From assembly GCF_048593235.1 (NCBI RefSeq), contig NC_133620.1, positions 61,754,852-61,818,851 on the forward strand: 64,000 nt of DNA. The letters run 5' to 3'. The stretch's first letter is position 1, and each line of letters opens with the position of its first letter. Positions 53,041 through 64,000 of this stretch are shown here, in pieces. This stretch comes from Sminthopsis crassicaudata. Taxonomy: Eukaryota. Under the pieces are notes generated by a model that was not told the origin of the DNA, did no database searches, and saw nothing but the letters and a program-made list of their open reading frames with translations. Both the position numbers and the translations under genes were made by a program.

Positions 53041-54084
53041 GCTTCCCTCCCCCCCCCCCACACACACACTAGTGCTCACACAAATAACCTTATCTGGTGC
53101 AAACTCCCTACTGTGGCCAAGCTTCACAAAGCTTCAGCCTAAACAAACTACTTAAAACAAAGGTCTAATCCTATCACTTCCAGGTTCAAAAGCAGTCTGT
53201 AAATCCACATTAAAATACCACTTTTCTGTAGGATATCCAGCCACCTTTGTGTCCAATCTACTTTACTGCACATCACTGCTATTCCCTTAGTCTTCCTTCT
53301 CCCCCCAATCTCACCAGCTTTCTTTTTTCAGTAGCAGAATCAGCCGCTACAGCATTACTAGACAGCCACCTCTCCTTCCAGGACCAGCTAACTCAGGGGC
53401 AGCTCCCTGGAAAAGCCTTTCCTGACCCATAAATTAGAAAATGATCCATCTTTACATCCAGCTTGTATAGAAATTACAGTTATTTGAGGCAGCCAATGAG
53501 GAGAGCACTGGACTTCAAAATCAGGAGTTCAAATCTGGCCTCAGTCATGAGTCACTTTATATAATAGCTGCCTCAGTTCCCTCTCGTAAAATAAGAACAA
53601 AAGCACCTCCCTCCCAGGATGCAGTGAAGCTATCTGTAAAGTACTTGGCAGACCTTTATAAATAAATGCCAACTATGTAGACAGCCTTGAGATTGTCCTC
53701 AGCAAGGACTGAGCCCATTTTTCAACTTTGTGTTCTCAGTGCCTACCACTGTACATAAGAAGTACCCGATAAAACATATTTAAATTTTCCAACTCTTTCT
53801 TTGAATTGGAATATAGCAACAAGACTTAAAGGTTCAACTTGATGAATTCAGTCTTTTCATGATAAAAAAAATGCTATCTAATCTGCAGAGAGAAATTGAT
53901 GAACTCTGCAGTGAACCTTTTTTTCCCACTTTATTTTTCTTACTTTTTTTTTTTTTGACAACATGACTACTAAAAATTATTTTTGCACGGTTTAAAGATA
54001 TAATGAATGGATATCATCCTGCCTGCCTTCTCTGGAGAGAAAAATTTGAATTCAGAATAAAAAATTATTTAAATAAAAAAATTT

Positions 54085-54700
54085 AAGAAACTGGAAATTG
54101 AATGGATACCCATCAATTGGAGAATGGCTGAATAAGTTATGGCATATGAATGTTATGGAATATTATTGTTCATAAGAAAACCAGCAGGATGATTTCAGAG
54201 AGGCCTGGAGAGAATTACACGAATTAATGCTAAGTGAAATGAGCAGAACCAGAAGATCATTATACATGGCAACATCAATATCATACTACCATCTATTCTG
54301 ATGGATGTGGCTCTCTTCAAAAATGAGATGATTCAAACCAGTTCCAATTGTTTAGTGATGAAGAAGAGAGCCATCTACACCCAAAGAGAGGACTGTGGGA
54401 ACTGAGTGTGGTTCACACAGCAGAGCATTCTCAGACTGTTACTATTTTCTTGAATTTTGTTTTTCTTCCCAGTTTTTTTTTCTTTCTTGATCCAATTTTT
54501 CTCGTGTAGCAAGATAACTGTATATACATATTTTGGATTTAACTTATATTTTTACATATTTAACATGTATTGGACTACCTGCCATCTAGGGTAGAGGGTG
54601 AGGGGAAAGAGGGGAAGGAGGTTTTGCAAGATTCAGTATTGAAAAATTAGCCATGGGTATGTTTTGTAAATAAAAAAAACTTTAATTAATTTAATTAAAT
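54085..54700 (+). mobile_element. L1 3' end fragment
   Basis: GAAACTGGAAATTGAATGGATACCCATCAATTGGAGAATGG start and a typical 3' UTR. Confidence 0.8.
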
Positions 54701-55884
54701 TTTAATTAAAATAAGGTTAATAATTCATTTAAAATAAATAAAGATAATAAGTAATTGAATAAATTTTAGATGGATCTTTTAAAAAATCTGGTTACTATTC
54801 AAATAAGTAATCTACTTCATTGATGTGCAATAGATAAAGCACTGGCTTGGAGTTAGACCAGAGTTCACATCCTCCATCAGACTTTTGCACTCACTACTTC
54901 CAGGGAGCAAAGTTATTTAACTTCTCTCCCAAGGTTGTTATAAGAATCCCATGAGAGGAGGCAGCAGCTAGGTACAGTCTGTGAAACATTGGAACTAATG
55001 TCAGAAAGACCCAAGTTCAAATCCAGCCTCAGACACTGGTTGTATGACCTTGGATTGATCACTTAATCCTGATTTCCTCAAAAACAAACAAAAAGAACCA
55101 AATGACATAATATGATAAGTGCTTTTAAAACTTTAATGTTACTGAAATTGTAGCTATTATTAGTAACAATCTATGACACTATTACAGAAGACTAAAGTCT
55201 GTGATAGCTTAAAGCTTGTTTGTATATATCTTTTTATAAAACCAAAGTTCATCCTGGTTTTCATTACATGATATAAGTGAGTCTATCTAGGTAGTGTGTT
55301 GGGCTTGTGGTCAGAAAGGTCAGAGTTCAAGTACTATTTCAGACACTCCTTAACTGTGTGAGCCCAGGCAAATCATTTAAACTCTGCTTCATCAGTAAAA
55401 TGGGGATAACAGCACCTATTACACAAGATGTTTATGCAGATTAAATGAGAATATATTTGTAAAATGATTTGGAAATTTTAAATGTCTATATAAACGCTTC
55501 CTACTACTAATATTAAGAGTTGTAAGGGACCTTAGAAATCATGTCCAAGTCCTTTATAGTTGAAACATGAGGCTTTGAAATTAGGCAACTTGTCCTCTTG
55601 CATTTCATGGATAGCGGTTAAGTTTCAACTCAAGACCAACTTGACGCTTATTCTTTAAGAGTAGTGCTAGTATATTTTATAACTCTTACTAGGTCTTTAT
55701 AACATTAAACACTACTTCCTTTAAAAATGACAAAACACTGCTTCTGCTCAAGTTACCAAATTTGAAGAAAATTCTTCAAGGAGAGGTAAGAAGAAATTTA
55801 AAACTGACTACATCATGTTTCTTTAAGATAATTGGGAAAAAAGGGGGGGGGGGGCGGTCCAAAAATAATTAAGACTGCAGTATA

Positions 55885-56026
55885 GGGGCAGCTAGGTGGT
55901 GCAGTGGATAGAGCACCAGCCTTGAATTCAGGAGGACCCGAGTTCAAATCTGATCTCAGACACTTAACACTTCTTGGCTGGGTGATCCTGGGCAAGTCAC
56001 TTAACCCCAGCCTCAGGAAAAAAAAA
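55885..56026 (+). mobile_element. WSINE1-like SINE
   Basis: Consensus-like body with a short A tail; imperfect AGACTGCA TSD. Confidence 0.87.
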
Positions 56027-56503
56027 GAGAGACTGCAATAGAGTAACCAAAAAGGGGCCTAGATTATTCTAAAGTGATCTTTGAGATGCTTGATATAATT
56101 ATATCCCATGAAGCAGCATTTTTTTCCTTTGGTCTTAATTATAGTGTTTCAGGCTCTATTCTAATTTCATAATGATGGCACCTAAAGATTTTAAAATGGC
56201 TCCTTCCTAAGTTGTCTCAAAGATGCTCATTCCACTACTATAGAGAAATATATTTGGTTAGCACTTTAAGATATATTAGGTAAAAGAAACCAGAAATTCA
56301 AATTATTATTGTATTTATATTTAAAATCTCTCGGGCAGAACTGATGAAACTGACATATTGCTAAAAACAAACATCAAAAGAATGTTACTATGTTTAATCA
56401 TTTTATAACATCTTAAGTAATCTTTTAAAAATGAGTAAGAGCATAAAACAATTATTTTAACATAACAAAAATTCAACCTTTTAATTCAAACAATGAAAAT
56501 CTG

Positions 56504-56657
56504 GGGGCAGGTAGGTGGTGCAGTGGATAGAGCACCAGTCCTGAATTCAGGAGGTACCCGAGTTCAAATCTGATCTCGGACACTTAACACTTCCTAGCTG
56601 TGTGACACTCTGGGCAATTCACTTAACCCCAGCTTCAGGGGGGGGGGGGGGGGGGAA
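56504..56657 (+). mobile_element. WSINE1-like SINE with G18 tail and 9-bp TSD
   Basis: G run 56638-56655; TSD GAAAATCTG at 56495-56503 and 56658-56666. Confidence 0.87.
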
Positions 56658-57879
56658 GAAAATCTGATCCAATCCTTTATTTGAGTCTAATGGTTATCAT
56701 TTATTGAGTAATTCTTTAAAGAAAAGTACAAATGGGTAAAAAGTTGCTGTCAATTAACATCAAATTTAAGTTGAGTTGAGTGAAGGCGCACCTAGAACAT
56801 AAATACTAGGTCCAGGATTTGAATACACTGTAATATCCAAATCTAAATGCTAGAATTGGAGATGAGAAATTAAACAAACTATAAGTTTATTTTTAATAAG
56901 CAATTAATTACCCTTAGAAATCCTACAATAAGGAAAATTCTTGCTGGTGAGTCAATTCCTGCACAGTTGCAAGAATAAGAAACGACTAAACCCAAGCTTC
57001 CCCCAAATTGATTCAGTTTGGGCTAATCTAAAGATTCAAGTCCAATTCACAGACAAGAAACTGTATAATAGAGTGTGAAATAGTCCTAAAGCAGAAGTAG
57101 CAAATATGGGTTCAAATCTCACCTCAATAACTTAACTATGGCTGGGGGGTGGGGGGTGGGGAAGGGGGAGAGGCCCAGGCAGGGGCAGAGGCCCAGGCAG
57201 GGGCAGGGCAAATCACTTACCTAACCCTTCCTTTAGTTTTACACCAGTAAAATAAGAATAACAATACTTGTAGCATAACTAGCCCCAAGAATTATTTTGA
57301 AGCAAAGTGTTTTGCAAAACAAAACAGAGTACCAGGTTAATCAAAAGGCACCAGGTTCCAAGACTAATCATTTGTCAAAGTAATATTTTGTCAGACTCCA
57401 TTATTTCCTTGCAGAGAGACAGGAAAAAAGGCATAATTGTTAAACCGTAGCTAAACCTCATGGATCTCATAAAGAATGAGATGCACTACAGAATAACCCA
57501 TTAGCCTAAGGAAAAAGCATATTTTGGGTTCTTACAGTTTAGCAGGTCCCAAAAAAGCAAACTTTGATACTATGAAAAACTTTTACATTTTAAAAATTCT
57601 GTGGACATAGTGAAATACTTTTAAGGAATACAAGTGATTGCATAATGAAGACTATGAAGATTTTGTAATAAATCATACAAAACATGTATGAGTTTACAAA
57701 ATGCCCACTTCCTGTAAGACTTAAGAAAACCTCTGTGTGTATTTCTATATATATACACACATATAAATAAACTTTATCAAATTAAAATGTACTTCATAAT
57801 GAACTTACTAAGTAATAAAATAGACATTTAGAACAGCCATGGGCAAACTTGACAATCTTATCAAATCATACAAAATTCT

Positions 57880-58048
57880 TTCTTTCTTTCTTTTTTTTTT
57901 TTTTTTTTTGCTGAGGCAATTTGGGTTAAGTGACTTGCTCAGGATCATACAACCAGAAGTGTTAAGTGTGAGGTCAAATTTGAACTCAAATTTTCCTGAC
58001 TTCAGGGCTAGTCTTCTATCCTGTCTTCTATCTAGATCTGGCTGCCCC
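57880..58048 (-). mobile_element. WSINE1-related SINE
   Basis: Reverse-complement SINE body with a long T tract. Confidence 0.78.
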
Positions 58049-59961
58049 TCAAAATTCATTTTCAATAAGGAACATGTCCCTAAATGTAAACTTATGTTAA
58101 AATAACCTATTCCTGTTCTTTCACATACTTGTGTCTGTTACCTGAAATATTACCATGAAAAAAGAAAATTTGAATCAAAAAGTTTATTAGATGATCAGAA
58201 AATACCAGTTGGGAAAATCCTAAATGAAAAAGTAAAAATATGCTTTGATATCAGTTACTTATTAAGGTTACATGTATCAATTTTGTGGATACCAAAAAAA
58301 GTATTTTCGTGATGTGTCCATAAAGTCAGTCAAGTTAGAGAGAGACCCAGAAGCAGAGAACTGTGGAAAAAAAGGATTTATGATAAAATATAGTAAGAAG
58401 AATTCTTTTATGTTGCTTGACCATTAATCAGAACATCCCATTTACTTTACAGTTAACAAATTGCAAGGAGAGGGTTGGGAAAATACTATCACCTTCCACT
58501 GCCTCCGTTTTCTCCTCTTTAAAAAGAATGAGAGACCACAAGGTCCTGAGCTCCCTTCCAGGCATATTCTAACTACTTTTTAGATATAATGCTTTGAAGA
58601 GGTAAATCCGGAACTCAACCAAACACGTGCAAGTAAGTTTAATCATCTCCCCAAATAATATTGACTTGTAGAATAGAGGAGGATGTAACCCTAAGGTAAT
58701 TAATAGATCTAAACTGATTTAGTTAGAAAAATCATGATTCTGTATTCTATATACACTCAATATGGCAGTAGTACCAATCTAAATCATAATTACTTTGCTT
58801 ATTTAAGTGCAAATACAAAATTTCTACCACAATTGACTAGAGTTGTTACTTATCAGGTAAATTATCCTACAGTTCCACACTAATAAATTCTGATGTGCTG
58901 CCTACCGAGAGCCAGAGTGGGTAGTGGATAAAGAACTCTTAAATGCAAAGACAGCTGGGTTCAAATTCTGCCTGACATGGACTAACTGTTAACAGGAGGG
59001 AGAGCAATAACTTCTCATTGTCCCAAAGAAACTAAGGCTTGAAGGAGCTATAATCTTATTGGCAGACAGAATTAGTAGTTTGAACAAAAAGTAAAAAATA
59101 AATGACAATAAGATGTGGATAGCCTAGGACCTCGAATGAGATGAAATACATTATGTGAAGGATTTGAGGAGAATTTACCACTTTCTTCAAATTTCACTCA
59201 ATTGGCCTGAATAACAACTTTTAAAAATAAAAATAAAAAATGCTCACTTGAAAAAAAAAGTAAGAAGCATGTAGTTGTTTTGCAAAATCTTATTTACAAC
59301 AGCAGAAACTAAATAAAAGTGCTCAATGAAAGAGTAAAAAATACCTACTTTACCTTTAAAGATACAGAATGAAATATTTAGGCCACCCCCCCCTCTCCAA
59401 AGAGCAAAGAGTTATCCTTTAAATTTCCCTCAGTTTCAAAACCAATAAATACTGAATTGCTGTTCCCTAAACTGAATTCTTTATTGTCAATTCTTGTAAA
59501 TGCTAATTATGAATATGCTGGGTAATAAATGCTGATTTAACTTTAAAAAACTGAAAAACACTCTTTAGACATCAACTTTCAATGACAACAGGCCCCCCAT
59601 CTAATCCTGCTTGTTAGAATACAGTAAGTGAAAGGTGTCAGAACATTAATCTTGCTTTTCAGACAGAAATAAGCAACTAACAATCTGGGGTCAGAGGGAT
59701 GCTAGAGCAATGTTTTCCTTTGATGTACTCAAGCTTTTTTAACAGTGCCCACATCTGCAACCTCCAAACACAAAATATCACAAAGATCCTTTTCTTTACC
59801 CCATAGATGGAATAAAATGGCTGAGCCACTAAAAAAAAATTAAACATGGTGGAAATAGCAGGTATAAAATGGAATTTTTAGAAAGATGGCACTACAGGAT
59901 AGTGCAAAAACTGTCATACTGCCATCTGTTTGCAAAATTCTTACTCCAAAAAAAACAACAA

Positions 59962-59995
<34 letters not shown>

Positions 59996-60952
59996 AAAGA
60001 ACTCATCAATTCAGAAACAAAAAAAATGAAGCACCCAAACTTCGAACCAACGTAAGAAAAAAGCTGGCACCGAAAGATTCTGGGCCAAGTCCTGAAAAGC
60101 AAAATTACAACACAGCGTCAGGAGCCAGGAGGGCAGCAGTTGTATTCCTGGATCTGACCACATGTGCCTTGGAGAAACAGACTCGGTGGAGTCGGGTTTG
60201 GGGGGTTTTTTGGGCCAGATTTAATGGCACTTCTTTGCCATAGGTCTCGGTCCAAAAGGAAAAAAACCGTGTTTGACTGGGTTCGGTCCTTTTTGTTTTG
60301 CACACGTGACCGTGCCACTTCCAGTTGTCATTTTAGGGCATAAACAAGGCAGAAGTGGACGCTCCAGGGGGTCCTCCCCAAGTTCACGGTCACACGCACA
60401 GTGGGTGGCTAAGACGGAGACGCCTCTCCAGGGCACCGGCTATCCCCTTCCCCACTACTCGGGGTCGGGCTAAATAAAACGCCGCCCTCCACACCCTGGG
60501 ATCTCAGGGCCCAGACCCAAGTCCCAGCAGGGAACCCCAGAGGGAGGGAGGTTGGGGGGGAGCTTGCAGGGCTCCCTAGGCGAAGGGGCAGCCCGAGGCG
60601 GCGGCTCTTCTCCGCGGCTGCGGGGTGGTGAAGGGGCGGGGCATTTGCCGCGGGTCCGAGCAGCCCCCAGTCCTAATCAATCAATCACTCCACTAAGTAG
60701 CCGTCGGGCTCCCGGCTCCCCACCGCCGCTGCCGCCGCCGCCGCCGGGCGGGTCCGCAGACGGCCGCTCGAGGGCAGGGCGGAGCCCGGCCCAGGTCTCC
60801 CCCCACCCCAACCCGGGCGGCGGAGCCACTCGAGGCCGGCGGAGGCCTGAGGCCTAGCGGCGGAAGCCCAAGCTGAGAACGGAGCCTCCCCGCGCTTCCC
60901 GGCCGCGGCCCCCATTGTTCCCTTCGCCCGCGGCGGCCTCCTCCTCACTCAC

Positions 60953-61350
60953 CGCGCCGGTCCGAGCGGCAGCGCCTCTCAGCTCCGGACCCCCGCGGCC
61001 GCCGCCGCCGCCGCCGCCGTCACGGTCCCCGCCGCCGCCGCCCCCGCTGCTGCCGCCGCCGCCGCCTCGGACCCGGGCCGCCGGGCCACGGCCCCCGCCG
61101 CCGCCTGCGCCGCCTCCCAGCTCCCACCTGCTGCTGCCGAGGCCGCTCCGGCAGCAGGGGCCATCTTGTTAACCAGCCTCTTCCTCCCCCGCCTGCGCCG
61201 CCACCGCCTCCCCGCCGCTCGGGGTCCTGGGCGCCTTCCTCTTCCTCCTTCTCCTCCTCCTCCTCCTCTTCTTCCTCCGGCTGCAGACGCCGCCGCTGCC
61301 GCTGCCCCTGCCCGCCGCGGCGGCTCTGGGCCGAGACCCCGCCGCGGCTC
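60953..61350 (-). other. RC3H1: RC3H1 non-coding exon 1 (5' UTR); 5' end/TSS approximate
   Basis: Lies in the CpG island. Consensus donor G|GTGAGT at 60953/60952 on the minus strand. A YY1-like AAGATGGC motif lies within it. Confidence 0.7.
60979..61164 (-). other. Candidate uORF (61 aa, poly-Ala rich) in exon 1
   Basis: aacaagATGGcc (A at -3, G at +4); 186 nt ending in TGA, 26 nt before the exon 1 donor. Translation is not shown. Confidence 0.45.
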
Positions 61351-61369
61351 CTCCCCTTCCGAAGGGGAG

Positions 61370-61750
61370 GGAGGAGGAGGGAAGGGGAGGGGAGAAGGAA
61401 GGGAGGGGGAGGGGTAGTAAGGAGAGAGGAGGGAGGGGAGGGGCAGGAGAGCAGAGAGGAGAGGAGAAGCGGGAGGGGGAGGAGAGGGATGGAGAGGAAA
61501 GAAATAGAGGAAGGGGAAAAGTGGAGAGAAAAGAAAGAAAGGATGGAGAGGACAGGACAGAGAAACTGTAGAGAAGGGAGGAAGAGGAAGAGAGGAGGAA
61601 TGGAGAGGAAAAGAAAGGAAGAGGGAGAGGAGGGGAACAGGAAGGGTAGATGAGGGAGGAAGGGAAGGAAAAGAGGAGGGGAGGGAGGACAGGAAAGAGA
61701 AGGGGAAAGGAGGAGGGAAGGAGACAGGGAGGGAGGAGAGAAAAAAAGAA
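61370..61750 (+). repeat. ~380-bp GA-rich polypurine low-complexity tract
   Basis: Almost only G and A on the + strand. Confidence 0.9.
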
Positions 61751-64000
61751 GCCCTGAGTCACCTGAGATCCTGGCTGCCCGCGCCTCGTCACCCTCAAAC
61801 CCCCCGGGACCAGGGAGCCGCCCCACCCCGACAGTCCACCTTGACCTAAGGGTCCAGAGCGAAGTGGAAAATTGGGACGCGTGCGCTGACGTTTGTAAAG
61901 CTCGCCCCAGTTCTTCAACCAGCTGTCCGCCCCCTCCCCCGCTGCGCCCTCCGCCCCGCACCGGCTCTGGGGCACTGCGGACCCCCGACAACCCCCCACG
62001 TGCGCACACGCACGGACACCCCCGGCGCCGGCCCCCCTCCAAACCCTGCTCCCGCGGGGCAGCCGCAGTAGAAGCCTGTCCGGTGACTTAGCCGGGCGTC
62101 CAGATCTCCCGGCCCTCGCCCCCTGCCCCGAGGCGTATTACTGAGGAGTCCGGAGCGGGTGGGGGATGGGCGAGGTGTTGGGCCGAGTGTAAAAGCGGGA
62201 CGTCTCGGGGGTTAAGGCTGATATAATGGAGTGTAAAGTTTGAAAAAAAAAAAAAAAAAAAAAAAAACTCGGGAGTTTTAACTCCTTGGCAAGAATTAAA
62301 GCAGGAGGCAGAATTCTTTGAAGTCTGGTCCTGGCCGGGACACGGCGTATTCCGGGTCCCAGAACCCGAGGGAAGCGCGCCCAGCCCCCGCCGCCCCGAG
62401 AGCTCAGCCCTCTGACTTTACTCCCGGGCGCTTCAACCGCTTTCCCTCAAGTTTTCACCAAGACGAAAGTGATGTGGTTTTCTCTGCTTATCCCCCTCGC
62501 CCCCCCCCCCCCAAGGCCAAGTGTACGAAGTCCCGCCTTAAAGGTGCAGTCCTATTTCACCTTTACGGAGAGGGAAACTTTATCGAATTAACAAGGCCTG
62601 TTTGTTTATCCTGGAGATACTAACGTCCCGCTCCGCCACCGGTCCCTGTCCAGATGACCTTTCGATGCCCTCTACCACACTCCCAAGAGGCCGCCAGAAG
62701 GCCCGCGGATGCGCCTTTCTCAGAGAGACTGGGATTTAAAACTGCCGGGGGGGATGAAGCTGCCCTTTATTTCTCCATCCATTCAGCCGCAACCCCAAGG
62801 CTACTGACAACCGAGCCGTCCAACTAGCCCAGGTTCGCTTTGCGTGAGCTTGCTCTCCCCCAGCGGCCCCGGGGCCTCTGCCCCCTGCTAGGAAAAACAT
62901 TAATCTGTTACTCCCGCTTTCCCTCCTCCTCCCTCCTCCCCCCTCCCGGGGAACCTTCCATAACAGAAGGCTTCAGCTGCTGTTGCTAGGCAAACATGCC
63001 AACTCTTCCTATTTAGGGAAAGCGAGTCTCTCACCCAACATCTCTTGAAAACCACCTCGATAATTAAAAAAAAAATGCAAACCAGCTAACAAAGTAGGAC
63101 ACCACTGAGTTGACCCACCCCCACAGACTATTTTAAACTTAAGTTTTAAAATTAAAATAAAAACTTAAAAAATTAAACTTAAATTCGTTTTCCAGTTACT
63201 CTCATTAAAATTCACTCGGTTTAATCATGGAGGGGTTTCCCCAAATTCATTTTCACGATGCGCCTTTTATAACACACTCCAGTTAAATTAGGCTGCAGGA
63301 ATGCAAATATTAAATCCACGAAGAGCGCTGTTCAATCTTAACCAAAAAATTGGCAAGAGTCAAAAGTTTTTAAGTGAAAAATTAATTTTTTTAAATTTAA
63401 AACTGGGCTAGATTAGAAATGACAAAGTCTAATCTGATGGAATTATTTTTCACTGAGCACATTGCATTTTTTTTTGCATACTGAATTAACTAATTTTTAA
63501 GAAGTGTATCATTAAGTATAAAGTGTTGTACTATTAAGAACATAAAGTTGACAGTTGAAACTGGTCTTTCTGCAAGGTTGATTATTGCAATTTTGCTTGG
63601 GCTCTCTGTGCTTTAATCTCTCCTTCAGGCAGGTTTGGCAGGATGGATACAAGAGCAGCTTGGGAGGAAATGATTGCAGTATTTATAACAAAAAATAATC
63701 CTACAATTCTAGTTACATTCAATGGGCTCTCTGAAAAAGCAAGGGTTATGAGATTTATGGGAGAATTTGTGCCAAATGATTTAGTTTATTTAGAAGGAAA
63801 AAAATATGGCTGAGACATAGATTATACTGGGTTTTATTCCCAAATTTATTACTCAGTCTAAGAAATATGGCTAGTAAATGCATTTCTCTTTTCCGAATTT
63901 GTCCTTTTATATTTATTGTACTTCTCAAGGGATTAAGCATTTGAATATTATCTGAGTGAAAAATGATACAACTAATATAAACTTCAATAAGAATATGAAA

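Larger units (their letters stand above)
1..61350 (-). other. RC3H1: RC3H1 (Roquin-1) gene locus, 20-exon structure, 3' end truncated by the window edge; TSS position approximate
   Basis: Spliced translation begins [41 protein letters not shown], the Roquin-1 type (Roquin-2 as I recall has MPVQAAQWTEF...CYNEFDENVHK). All exons have GT/AG ends and consistent phases. Confidence 0.97.
60540..62900. promoter_or_regulatory. CpG island / RC3H1 promoter, split by a purine tract at ~61370-61750
   Basis: Very high GC and CpG density against an AT-rich background. GC box GGGGCGGGGC at 60633-60642; YY1-like GCCATCTT at 61160-61167; E-box CACGTG near 61996. Confidence 0.9.

Noticed and set aside
54681-54711. 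AT-only palindromic stretch
   Set aside because: Degenerate L1 tail; such palindromes are expected by chance in A/T-only sequence.
1717-58048. Recurrent ~135-bp units with tRNA-like A/B boxes
   Set aside because: Dispersed SINEs with tails and TSDs; not tRNA genes or a CRISPR-like array.
61020-62042. 340-aa and 276-aa minus-strand ORFs and other long ORFs in the CpG island
   Set aside because: Low-complexity products of GC-rich and polypyrimidine sequence that lacks stop codons; no domain-like content.
62982-62995. RFX X-box-like GTTGCTAGGCAAAC
   Set aside because: Imperfect match with no supporting evidence from sequence alone.

Overview
The window is mammalian (marsupial) genomic DNA, not prokaryotic. 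It is AT-rich, dense in WSINE1-type CORE-SINEs and marsupial L1 3' ends, and most consistent with an Australian, probably dasyurid, marsupial (inference from repeat families). Almost the whole window is one minus-strand gene, RC3H1 (Roquin-1). It has a CpG-island non-coding first exon (donor at 60953), a ~23.3 kb first intron and 18 complete coding exons (37449 down to 1473). The start of the last coding exon runs off the left edge at 1-44; the stop codon and 3' UTR are outside the window. I placed every exon by hand at GT/AG boundaries. Exon phases are consistent throughout and give RING, ROQ/HEPN, CCCH zinc finger, Pro-rich and coiled-coil regions. Introns hold SINEs, L1/L2/CR1 remnants, one probable solo LTR, microsatellites and three N gaps. 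The most notable oddities are: a 304-bp perfectly identical inverted duplication in intron 1 with a template-switch-like junction; a strong-Kozak poly-alanine uORF over GCC repeats in exon 1; features around exon 2 that could yield a RING-only Roquin product; SINE copies with poly-G instead of poly-A tails; and tandem or alternative splice acceptors. Comparisons with human/mouse Roquin-1 and repeat-family names come from memory, not database searches. I found no clearly new biological system; the findings are testable leads.
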